Origin: a virus
Lineage: Duplodnaviria > Caudoviricetes
DNA: 55,457 nucleotides
Virus record (IMG/VR): IMGVR_UViG_3300020472_000032
Location: 1 to 55,457 of that record
Strand: one strand, 5' to 3'
Below, piece by piece: positions 1 through 8,212 of the stretch. Position 1 is the first letter of the stretch, and the number at the start of each line of letters is the position of its first letter. Position numbers and translations under genes: made by a program. The notes under the pieces were generated by a model. It worked only from the letters and a program-made list of their open reading frames with translations, had not been told where the DNA came from and searched no databases.

Positions 1-1
1 G

Positions 2-607
2 TATTCTTTCAGCCAAGTCGCTGTCGGCTGGTACAGCATAGGTAATTGTGTTTGGTTTAAATGTTAAGTATTCTTCACCAGCAATTTTTTGTGCTTTTAA
101 TGTATCAGGTGTAAACATTAAGTCACCTTGCAATACACCTTCTATTCCTAACTTAGGAAAATGTTCTAAAGCTGTTTTCAGTTTAGTACGTAGACTGCTG
201 GCATCTTTGCCCTGTTGGTCAGCATGAAAGCGTTCTATATCTTCTGGTGTTTTGTTTAGCTTTTTAGTTTTACTAAACACACCTTTTGTACCAACAAAAA
301 ACTTACCATCTTCTGGATCTGTGCCTGCAATAATAGCTGGTGCTCCGTCCCATTTAATACTTACTACTTCTGGTCCGCCACCTGCTACTCCGCTCATTGC
401 ATTTGTTAGTCCGCTGATAAGTTGTATAGCAGTTTCTGCACCTTGTTTCTGTTGTGTAAAAACTAATTCTTCGGCATGCATCAAGTGTGTATTTTTACCA
501 CCTGTTGCTTCTTTTAAATTGTGTAAGGCTTTTTGTACCAAACGATCCTGTCGTGGGCCACGCTTCTTTCTGCGTTTCCATCCGGATATAATCTCTTTAA
601 CTCGCAT
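2..607 (-). CDS. DUF6267-like phage protein with ligase/nucleotidyltransferase-like KxDG motif; 3' end truncated by window edge
   Basis: Absent from the ORF track. ATG at 607 overlaps the upstream gene's 3' end and the frame stays open to the window edge: MRVKEIISGW...NTHLMHAEEL...VSIKWDGAPAIIAG.DPEDGKFFVGTKGVF...VLQGDLMF...FKPNTITYAVP. Confidence 0.75.
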   Translation of the reverse strand, partial: MRVKEIISGWKRRKKRGPRQDRLVQKALHNLKEATGGKNTHLMHAEELVFTQQKQGAETAIQLISGLTNAMSGVAGGGPEVVSIKWDGAPAIIAGTDPEDGKFFVGTKGVFSKTKKLNKTPEDIERFHADQQGKDASSLRTKLKTALEHFPKLGIEGVLQGDLMFTPDTLKAQKIAGEEYLTFKPNTITYAVPADSDLAERI

Positions 608-848
608 TTTTCTTTAACTTCCTTACACCACGTTCAAATATACCCATGTCTTTATTTTTAAGACTAAGCATAAAACGTTTACGGAGATCTGCTTGTGTAT
701 TATCTTCAAAATTACTTTCTATATATTCTAGAAGTTGAATTGCACTACCTAGTACATTTTCACTTCTATAGCTTAATATTTGTTCTTTGCTACTCTTAGG
801 AGCAATACTATTAATTTCTTCAAGAATACTACGAGTTTTCTTTTTCAT
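597..848 (-). CDS. hypothetical protein (83 aa)
   Basis: GGAG RBS and TAAATA box (870-875) upstream; overlaps the next gene. Confidence 0.7.
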   Translation of the reverse strand: MKKKTRSILEEINSIAPKSSKEQILSYRSENVLGSAIQLLEYIESNFEDNTQADLRKRFMLSLKNKDMGIFERGVRKLKKNAS

Positions 849-876
849 AATTAGTCTCCGATATAGTAGTATTTAG

Positions 877-2256
877 CTACTCTGCCTTTTTGAGTATGCT
901 TCGTAGCCTATCACTACTATTAACTGCATTATCTGTTGTTTCTGGCTGTGGTGAATTATTAACTAATGTACTTTTCTTCTTTAATTGATCGTATATGTTA
1001 TTAAAACTGGTATCTTCTGACTCTTGTTCGTCTAAATCTGTAATACGCATACTATCAATATTAAACTCTAAGTCTATTTTTTGTCCTACACCATTACTAC
1101 TACGTGTTTTCATAAACTGTATTTGTATTCTGCCACGTTCACGCATTGCTTTACTACTAAAAATACCAATAACATTGTCTGCTGTTTGTATTTTACTTAA
1201 ACCACCTGCAATATGCGAATGATCAAACTCAATTTCTTCTACTGCACTTCTGTTTAACTGTGAAGCAGTTGCAAACAAATAATTTCCTTCGACTGCAAAG
1301 TTTCTTAGTTCCTCACTTACAAACTTATCCTTAATAAACAAGTCACTTGGTGGTACTTTCTTTTGTGCTGGCATCATTAAGTCCAAATAGTCTACTAATA
1401 TAGCATCTATTTTCTTGCCACTTTGAACCTCAAACTCTTTTATAAAACTACGCAAGTCATTTACTGTAATGCCGTTTGGTAATTGTACAATTTGTAAACC
1501 TGCATTATGTTTTGCGGCCATTTTAACTTTAAGTTCAACATCATCTGCACTTTTTAATACATTACGTGTTGTCATACCGGTTAACATTGCATCAAGTCGC
1601 ATACTACACAATTCTTCACTAAGTTCTAAACTTACATACAAAGTATTAAAACCCTGACCTGTCCAGTTTAGTGCTAAGTTCTGTAAGAAAATACTTTTAC
1701 CTGCACCCGAACCACCTGCAAAGATGTTTAGTTCGCCATTGTTAAATCCGCCATACAGTTTTTCATCTATACTTTTCCAACCTGTGCTGGTTCCACCTTT
1801 AGCATCTTTAATTGCTTGTAATCTACTTTTTGGATCTGCCCAATAGTCTGTTCCTAAATTTTTGTTTAAACTTATTGCTACTGCTTCTTTAACTAAATGC
1901 TCTACTGCACCATATTCGCTTTTGTCCAACATATCTGTACTGGCAAGTATTGCACCTTCCAATCCTTTATGTCTACAAAATGTTTCAAAATCATCTAAGA
2001 ACCAATCCTTATGTGCTGAACCAGTTTCTCCAATGTTTTGCAATTCCATATTTGTTATTGCTTTAACTTGTTCATGTGTGGGCATTGCTCCATATTCACT
2101 GGCATGCTCCTGTATAAACTCTACCGTACTACGCAACGGTCTATCAAAGTATTCAGGCTTTACAATGTTATTAACACGAACAAATAATTCGTGATCATTC
2201 ATCATAAACTCTAAATACAATTTTTGTAATTCTTGACTATATTCTTTTACTTCCAT
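877..2256 (-). CDS. 41: DnaB-like replicative helicase (T4 gp41-like)
   Basis: Walker A AGGSGAGKS, YVSLELSE, LVDYLDLM, TASQLNR, KTR motifs; ATG 2256 has an AGGTG RBS; follows primase. Confidence 0.95.
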   Translation of the reverse strand: MEVKEYSQELQKLYLEFMMNDHELFVRVNNIVKPEYFDRPLRSTVEFIQEHASEYGAMPTHEQVKAITNMELQNIGETGSAHKDWFLDDFETFCRHKGLEGAILASTDMLDKSEYGAVEHLVKEAVAISLNKNLGTDYWADPKSRLQAIKDAKGGTSTGWKSIDEKLYGGFNNGELNIFAGGSGAGKSIFLQNLALNWTGQGFNTLYVSLELSEELCSMRLDAMLTGMTTRNVLKSADDVELKVKMAAKHNAGLQIVQLPNGITVNDLRSFIKEFEVQSGKKIDAILVDYLDLMMPAQKKVPPSDLFIKDKFVSEELRNFAVEGNYLFATASQLNRSAVEEIEFDHSHIAGGLSKIQTADNVIGIFSSKAMRERGRIQIQFMKTRSSNGVGQKIDLEFNIDSMRITDLDEQESEDTSFNNIYDQLKKKSTLVNNSPQPETTDNAVNSSDRLRSILKKAE

Positions 2257-2258
2257 GT

Positions 2259-3254
2259 TCACCTACAATATTGTTTCATTAGTACACGTATTTTTGTTGG
2301 GCTTGTATGTACATTATCTAATATACTTCTAACTGTAAACATTCTACCATATTGTTGCATTGCATCAACACAATCTTTACAATCTTCCCAAGGCGGAAAA
2401 CTTACTCCCCAACCTCTCTCTATAGCACGTTGTACTAGTTTTTGTCCTGGCTCGTCCCTATCTGGACAAACTATAACTTCTTTATTTAGACTATCAATGA
2501 TGTCGGCTTGACGTCTACTGCAAATATTACTTGCTATCGCAACACCACCGGTAACTAACGCATCAAATTGTCCTTCTGTTACTATAGTATAATGTCTTTC
2601 ACGTTGTGCATCTAAATTAAACACATAATCTTTTTGTTGTTGTAAAAAGTATTTTGGTGTTTCTTTATTAGGTACATCACCTATCCAACGTGCAGTATAA
2701 CCTACAACTACATTTTTATAATAGAATGGTAATATTATTCTATCTGCAAAGTGTTTAAAATCACTATAATACCAGTTTGCTAGTGTATCTAGCTTTCTGG
2801 ACGCAAGATATTGTAACGCTTCCTCTATTTTACTGTCGATTGATACTAAGTCTAGTATGCTCTTTGCGTTAGGCGGCAGTTGTACTTCTTTCCAATCTAT
2901 TTTTACAGTTTCTACTTTTTCTGTTGTTCTTTTGTGTAGACTTTGTAGTTCATCTTCACGCATTAGTTCTAAATTAACACGTTGTATGTCACTTTCGTCT
3001 GCACCAAATGTTTTTAGTAAACTGCGTAACTTACCTGTTACTTGCCTACCATTGCTCCAACCAGTTTTAAATCCACAGTTAAAACAATTATATTGAAATG
3101 TACCTTCGTCAAAGAAAAAACCGCCTCTGCTACGTGTATCAGCATTTTCGCCATTTTGTATACACATTGGGCAGTTGCCACTAATCCATCCACTAGGAGT
3201 ACTCTTCCAACCCATTGGAACAGTCTGTCTAACAAACTCTAAAACAACACTCAT
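2259..3254 (-). CDS. 61: DNA primase (T4 gp61-like)
   Basis: Zn ribbon CPMC...CFNC; RIILPF..GYTAR; PKY; TOPRIM VTEGQFDA, PDRD..G, KDCVD. Confidence 0.93.
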   Translation of the reverse strand: MSVVLEFVRQTVPMGWKSTPSGWISGNCPMCIQNGENADTRSRGGFFFDEGTFQYNCFNCGFKTGWSNGRQVTGKLRSLLKTFGADESDIQRVNLELMREDELQSLHKRTTEKVETVKIDWKEVQLPPNAKSILDLVSIDSKIEEALQYLASRKLDTLANWYYSDFKHFADRIILPFYYKNVVVGYTARWIGDVPNKETPKYFLQQQKDYVFNLDAQRERHYTIVTEGQFDALVTGGVAIASNICSRRQADIIDSLNKEVIVCPDRDEPGQKLVQRAIERGWGVSFPPWEDCKDCVDAMQQYGRMFTVRSILDNVHTSPTKIRVLMKQYCR

Positions 3255-3260
3255 ATATGT

Positions 3261-3289
3261 ATATTATACTCTAATTGTGATTTTGTCAA
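3261..3289 (-). promoter_or_regulatory. sigma70-type promoter for primase-helicase
   Basis: TTGACA (3289-3284)-17 nt-TAATAT (3266-3261), then 6 nt to the ATG. Confidence 0.6.
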
Positions 3290-4088
3290 CGGTTCCGGTG
3301 TTACTAGCGTCAGCAACATAATAAAAACGAGCTTTATAAAGATTGTGTACAAAGTTTACAGCTCTAACACCTGATGTAGCTGTAGCATAATTTTCATATC
3401 CAGTTAATCCATTAGTATCTATTGTAAACCAATCAGATTCGCTAGGTGTTGCTTCAACTGATCCTTGTACATAAATTTTACCTATAAAATTAGTTGTATA
3501 AATTGCTACAGTATGCAATCCATCATTTGAACCTTTTAATACACTACCATCTGTTGCACTAGTGTATTGTGGATCTGTTGCACCTGCTCCGCCTGTAAAT
3601 GAACTTAATGCAACTACAGCCTCTACTATAGGTAATGGGCCATCTCTAACTTCAACTGTCCATTGTCCTTTATGATTTAATTGTGGGCTTAATAAAAACT
3701 CTTCGCCTTCGTTGTTTACACTTGTTATTGCCCATTCATACATACCAGAATCTAAATTTGCAATATCACCTGGTTGTAATTTAAATGTAACTCGTGCATC
3801 AGTATAACTGTCTATAATAGCATTTTTTGTGACCACTATAGATCTGTCTGATCTTTTAATTAACTTACCCTTTAGGGTAACATTATTAATATCTGCTGTA
3901 CGCCTACTTTTATCATTGATAACTATTGTTATATGGTTATCAACTCCTTTATGAAAAACGAAAGGCTGATAGGTTGTAGGAGAATTTACCGTAGTACTAC
4001 GTTTGTAGTAGCGACCATACTGAGCACTACTAGTGTCTTTGTTAAGAGTTGCTTCTCCATTGTTGGTATAAGTAAATGCTGTAACCAT
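3264..4088 (-). CDS. putative virion structural protein (two beta-rich domains, BppU/Ig-like N-terminal part)
   Basis: Thr/Gly/Val-rich beta composition; late-type TAAATA box 5 nt before ATG. Confidence 0.5.
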   Translation of the reverse strand: MVTAFTYTNNGEATLNKDTSSAQYGRYYKRSTTVNSPTTYQPFVFHKGVDNHITIVINDKSRRTADINNVTLKGKLIKRSDRSIVVTKNAIIDSYTDARVTFKLQPGDIANLDSGMYEWAITSVNNEGEEFLLSPQLNHKGQWTVEVRDGPLPIVEAVVALSSFTGGAGATDPQYTSATDGSVLKGSNDGLHTVAIYTTNFIGKIYVQGSVEATPSESDWFTIDTNGLTGYENYATATSGVRAVNFVHNLYKARFYYVADASNTGTVDKITIRV

Positions 4089-4108
4089 ACTATTATTTAT
4101 CGAACATC

Positions 4109-4486
4109 ATGACAGTTATCTCATCACGCTATAAAATGTTACTTGAAAAATTTCCATTCCTTACCATGGTCCGCTATGGTAACGATGAATTCATCGGTAT
4201 TGTAGGTAATGCAGACGGTACTGTCTTTAACATGTATTGTTGGGACCTTTTAAAGAGTGACAAAGAAAAGTTAAACTTTTTAAAACTTGGAGAAGAATGG
4301 TGGTTTGAAACAAATCACACTATACCTATTAATATTTTATTATTAAGCAAATGGAATTTTCAAAGTGTATTAAGAAGTTTAAACAATAAAAATGTTGAAG
4401 TAATGTATGGTCCTGTTACTAGTTTTGGAAGTTTAGTAAAAAAGCGAAGTAAACGCAGAAATATCCAACTTCTTAAAAAATACTAG
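4109..4486 (+). CDS. hypothetical phage protein
   Basis: 125-aa ORF filling the gap exactly; its stop overlaps the convergent DnaE-like gene's stop; protein-like composition (KFPFL, LGEEWWFE, IPINILL). Confidence 0.7.
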   Translation: MTVISSRYKMLLEKFPFLTMVRYGNDEFIGIVGNADGTVFNMYCWDLLKSDKEKLNFLKLGEEWWFETNHTIPINILLLSKWNFQSVLRSLNNKNVEVMYGPVTSFGSLVKKRSKRRNIQLLKKY

Positions 4487-5043
4487 CCTTCACAAAGCAA
4501 ATTCATATGTACAACTACACTTAATGCATAAGCCATTGCATGAGCCTTCTTAAAGTAATAATTATCGTTTTCTGGTTTTATCCACACTTGGCTCATTATC
4601 GTTTGCCACGTCTGTGTTGCTAGATGTCTTTTTGCTGGCCGAATTATCGCTAGTACTGCCGCTAATTGTTCTACCGATGTGGGCTTCAATTGTTTCAATA
4701 GTTTGTCGTGTCCGCTTACGTGAAAGACTTGATCTACAAAGTCTTTGTGCTCCAGTAGTTCCCATAGTGGCTCCTTATCCATTAATTCAAATAAATGTTC
4801 TTCATTTTTAACGTTTTTATAAATGCTAACATTCAAACAATCTATTTTAAAATAGCCCATATCCTCTGCTGTTTTATAATCTATTGTGCTTAATCCTGTA
4901 ATTGGATCTTGTGGCATTTCATGAAAGTATACACCTGTGTTATGCTTTTTGCCAGGTTCTATACTTGCAGTAACATAAGGAAATTGATCTAATGCTTTTT
5001 GTCTATCAGCAAAGTCAATATCGATATCTGTATTAGCAATCAT
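4483..5043 (-). CDS. miniature DNA polymerase III alpha (C-family/DnaE)-like catalytic protein
   Basis: DIDIDF (DnaE PDxDxDF), KHNTGVY (KHAGGVV), GYFKIDCL (GLLKFDFL), LAIIRP (ALYRPG), FKKAHAMAY (FNKSHSAAY), all in 186 aa. Confidence 0.85.
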   Translation of the reverse strand: MIANTDIDIDFADRQKALDQFPYVTASIEPGKKHNTGVYFHEMPQDPITGLSTIDYKTAEDMGYFKIDCLNVSIYKNVKNEEHLFELMDKEPLWELLEHKDFVDQVFHVSGHDKLLKQLKPTSVEQLAAVLAIIRPAKRHLATQTWQTIMSQVWIKPENDNYYFKKAHAMAYALSVVVHMNLLCEG

Positions 5044-5816
5044 ATTTTTAATACTTTCTCACAGTAATTAATAAACATATTATATTCTCGTTCCATAGTA
5101 TCTATGCCGTTACTATTAATATATGCACATTCTAGTTTACTACATAAATCTTTTATGTCAAGCTCAAAAAGATCTACAGTTATATCTGGTTCGTATACGT
5201 TGCTTATTGCTTCATCTAATGCAACTTGTTTTGCTTTAGCTAAATCATCATCTGTAGCACAAGTTTTCCAACCCCAATGATATGCACATTGCAATTTCCA
5301 AAATGGCACACTATCTTCTTTTAAGTAATCTACAAATGTATCGTATATATAATTTTTATACTCAGGATTATTTTGGTGATGATCTAATATATGCATATCC
5401 ATAGAACGTTTAATATCAGTAATAGGACGTTCTGCATAACATTTCCAATAGTAATCAAAAAGTCGTTGTGTTGGATTAATTAAAATACGAGTAGCAGGTG
5501 TTATCCATTTTCCACCAGGCCCCCATCCAGCATAACCAACTCCAAATACACCAGTGTCCACTGAAAATCTTTGCATCAGTTTATTAAGGGATTCAAAATC
5601 TCCAGCCTCTTGATGCTTAGTCCATTCTAGTGTCCAATGTTTTTCATCTGTTTCATCTAGTGCATGATTATCCCAAGGATCATTATGTGGATCATTTAAA
5701 TTTTCAAGTCTTCTACGAAAATTATGTGTTTTATACGAAGGAGAGTTTTCTAATATCCAACCTAATACATTAGCTTCAAAAGAGTAGTAACCAAATACAT
5801 GTACTAATCCAGCCAT
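5040..5816 (-). CDS. hypothetical protein (258 aa, aromatic-rich)
   Basis: Long ORF overlapping both neighbours. Confidence 0.7.
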   Translation of the reverse strand: MAGLVHVFGYYSFEANVLGWILENSPSYKTHNFRRRLENLNDPHNDPWDNHALDETDEKHWTLEWTKHQEAGDFESLNKLMQRFSVDTGVFGVGYAGWGPGGKWITPATRILINPTQRLFDYYWKCYAERPITDIKRSMDMHILDHHQNNPEYKNYIYDTFVDYLKEDSVPFWKLQCAYHWGWKTCATDDDLAKAKQVALDEAISNVYEPDITVDLFELDIKDLCSKLECAYINSNGIDTMEREYNMFINYCEKVLKI

Positions 5817-6034
5817 TCAGTAACCTGTATCATTTTATGTAGTTTTTCTTTTGCTTCAGTTTCATTTATAGCAGGAACCCAAGCAGTTCCTTCTCCATCG
5901 TTAAAATTTGTTCTTTCAATTTCTAGTGTAATATCATTGTCAGAATCTTTGTTCATTTTAAGAACCGCTGGACATTTAAACTTTAGTACATATACCTTAG
6001 TTTTTGGCTCCGGGAACTTAACTATATTACTCAT
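5804..6034 (-). CDS. hypothetical protein
   Basis: MSNIVKFP N-terminus typical of small phage genes; ATGA overlap with upstream gene. Confidence 0.7.
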   Translation of the reverse strand: MSNIVKFPEPKTKVYVLKFKCPAVLKMNKDSDNDITLEIERTNFNDGEGTAWVPAINETEAKEKLHKMIQVTEWLD

Positions 6035-6327
6035 ACCTGTGCGTCTTCACCATTACCTAATGGAAAACGCAAAGGCTCTCCTGTAACACTATCCCAACGA
6101 AAACTACGCCAGGCTTCTTTGTCCATGTCCCACACAACTTGTACTTCTTCATTTACTGCTCGTACTTTCTTTTGTGTAAGTGGATCTTTAGATGGAGGTG
6201 GTACATATCCTTCAGCAAGTGTACATCTCATTTTTCTTTTAGTACCATCTTTCTTTGTGAACTCTACTAAAAATTCACTATCAACAAGTCTATCTTTTAT
6301 CCATTGTTTGGTTGTTTCTTCAATCAT
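6031..6327 (-). CDS. WYL-like/SH3-fold protein (DUF2693 family, common in T4-like phages)
   Basis: VEFTKKDGTKRKMRCTL...VWDMDKEAWRSFRWDSV signature; ATG 6327 in ATGA overlap. Confidence 0.8.
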   Translation of the reverse strand: MIEETTKQWIKDRLVDSEFLVEFTKKDGTKRKMRCTLAEGYVPPPSKDPLTQKKVRAVNEEVQVVWDMDKEAWRSFRWDSVTGEPLRFPLGNGEDAQV

Positions 6328-6995
6328 AGTCCTGATTCCTTCCATAAATCTTCGGCCCAGCCTACACTAGCCCTGTCATGTCTTGTTTTATGTGTCCAAT
6401 ATTCTGGATCTATAAACTCTGCAATTCTGCTTATTTGTTCATCGCTTAATCTATCTATAATTGCTTGAGCTGAATCGCAAGTATATATTACCCATGGAGA
6501 TATTTTACCTGTTTGTACCATATGTACAAATCGATTACCTGACACATTTTTAAAGTAATCGCTCCATATACCATCATTTGTTTCTGCCCAATCTTGCATA
6601 TTTAATATGCTTCTTTCTACACCACGTTCTACTGTTTCACTTTTTAGAAAACGTTTAATCCATAACTCTAAAACACGATCACTATACCAGTCACTTAGTT
6701 TTACACTTTCTCTTATAAGAAATTCTACATATTTGTCTGCTGGATCTATTTTATTTTCATCTACATATCTACCAAACTTAACAAAATCTCCGTAGTATTG
6801 TGAGTCACAAAATTCACGTATAGACTTATCTTTTGTTGCACCTGTTGCCAATTTATAAAATGTTTGGAATGATCTAAAACCTAATTGCACTTGCTTATCA
6901 TCACGACATAACCACCTGCGTTTTTTCTCACAGGTATGTGCCGCCAATGTGCTTTCTCTTCTAAAACTTCTCTTACAGTATTCGCATGTAAACAT
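6324..6995 (-). CDS. phage protein with N-terminal C2H2-type zinc finger
   Basis: FTCEYCKRSFRRESTLAAHTC. Confidence 0.7.
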   Translation of the reverse strand: MFTCEYCKRSFRRESTLAAHTCEKKRRWLCRDDKQVQLGFRSFQTFYKLATGATKDKSIREFCDSQYYGDFVKFGRYVDENKIDPADKYVEFLIRESVKLSDWYSDRVLELWIKRFLKSETVERGVERSILNMQDWAETNDGIWSDYFKNVSGNRFVHMVQTGKISPWVIYTCDSAQAIIDRLSDEQISRIAEFIDPEYWTHKTRHDRASVGWAEDLWKESGL

Positions 6996-7465
6996 TATTT
7001 TAATAGTGCTTTGATCTCTTTTGGCTCCATACCATGTTCTTCAAATAATACTTTCCAATCGTCTTTTGTATTATTTGCAATTAGTAATTCTACTTCAGTA
7101 TCATTATAATGTGGATACTGTTCTATAATCCATTTTGCAAGTTTACTACCTTTACCAGCACTATGTGGTCTAATCCATGCATGTTGCCTTCGTACTTTAC
7201 CAGCAGTATGTCCTACAATTTGTAATAGTCGTATTTGCATTTCTGGATGATGTCTAAGTATATTGTAATGTCTATTGCTAAACTCATTTACATATTCTAA
7301 ATAATGTTCTTGCAATGAAACATCACTACTTTGCAATGCACTCATCCAACGTTGCAATACAAATATACTAAGTTTCTTTAATTCTTCTTCTGTTAAACTA
7401 GGATACCAGCTGGTATCACGTGTATCAAGTACTCGCATTTCATTTTGAATACTCATATCTGCCAT
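6995..7465 (-). CDS. clamp loader small subunit (T4 gp62-like)
   Basis: Size and pattern (FVLQRWMS...EYVNE...HPEMQ..LL...HAWI..IIEQY..NDTE) resemble gp62; located in replication block. Confidence 0.6.
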   Translation of the reverse strand: MADMSIQNEMRVLDTRDTSWYPSLTEEELKKLSIFVLQRWMSALQSSDVSLQEHYLEYVNEFSNRHYNILRHHPEMQIRLLQIVGHTAGKVRRQHAWIRPHSAGKGSKLAKWIIEQYPHYNDTEVELLIANNTKDDWKVLFEEHGMEPKEIKALLK

Positions 7466-7707
7466 TAGTGAAACGTTTCCCTTGTTTTAGTTTTATCCGG
7501 ATTAGTTGTTGTTTCAACCACTGAATCCATTAATGCAAGCCACTCTTCTTCGGATAATTGTTCCTGATACATACGTGAAGCAGTTGCCATTAAACAACCT
7601 GCTATTTGCATTGGAGTTGCACCATCTTCAATCTGCCGTATAGTTAAATCCATAATCTCAGTTGATATTTTTAGTAATTCTTTTTCGTCTTCTGTTATTA
7701 TTTTCAT
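7465..7707 (-). CDS. hypothetical protein
   Basis: 80-aa helical ORF in TAATG overlap with the next gene. Confidence 0.65.
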   Translation of the reverse strand: MKIITEDEKELLKISTEIMDLTIRQIEDGATPMQIAGCLMATASRMYQEQLSEEEWLALMDSVVETTTNPDKTKTRETFH

Positions 7708-7711
7708 TATA

Positions 7712-8212
7712 TTACACCAATTTGTTTATGTCAAGTACTTCAGGAACCTTGTTTGCATCTTTAACAAAATATGCACAACGAGGTTTTGGTACATCTTCTA
7801 TAGGTACTGCTAGTATATGTCCATATTTAAGTTTTGGAAAGTACCATTTCATATCTTGGAATACTCCTGTAAACTCTATAGGTAAGTATTCTGCCATATA
7901 ACCTGCAATAGGATTCATTGTAAATGTAGTAAAGCCTCTGTCATTAATACTAGTTAATGGCATTACTTCTGGATCTCCCATATCTGGGTCTGCTATAACA
8001 ACACTCCAATCAATTGGCATCATTAATGAACTGTTGCCAATTTTAATTGTAATAGCAGGAGCATTAAAACTTTCTAAAAATACTAAAGGAACAAAGATGT
8101 AATCTGCTTGTGCAGGATTTGTATAATCTATAACACAATAGCGAAAGTCATCAATTTGTTCGGGGATATGATCTAATTCATATCCTTCATTATCAATAGT
8201 TAAAATCTTCAT
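7712..8212 (-). CDS. hypothetical protein coupled to uvsW (all-beta, possibly Hint-like)
   Basis: ATGA overlap with uvsW; beta-strand-rich. Confidence 0.7.
   Translation of the reverse strand: MKILTIDNEGYELDHIPEQIDDFRYCVIDYTNPAQADYIFVPLVFLESFNAPAITIKIGNSSLMMPIDWSVVIADPDMGDPEVMPLTSINDRGFTTFTMNPIAGYMAEYLPIEFTGVFQDMKWYFPKLKYGHILAVPIEDVPKPRCAYFVKDANKVPEVLDINKLV

Noticed and set aside
252-617. 121-aa plus-strand ORF in the track
   Set aside because: Antisense shadow of the real minus-strand gene 2-607, which carries recognisable motifs
7706-7734. Perfect TTGACA-17-TATAAT on the minus strand
   Set aside because: The -10 overlaps the ATG of 7465-7707, so its target is unclear; it may serve the gp62-like gene but is not called
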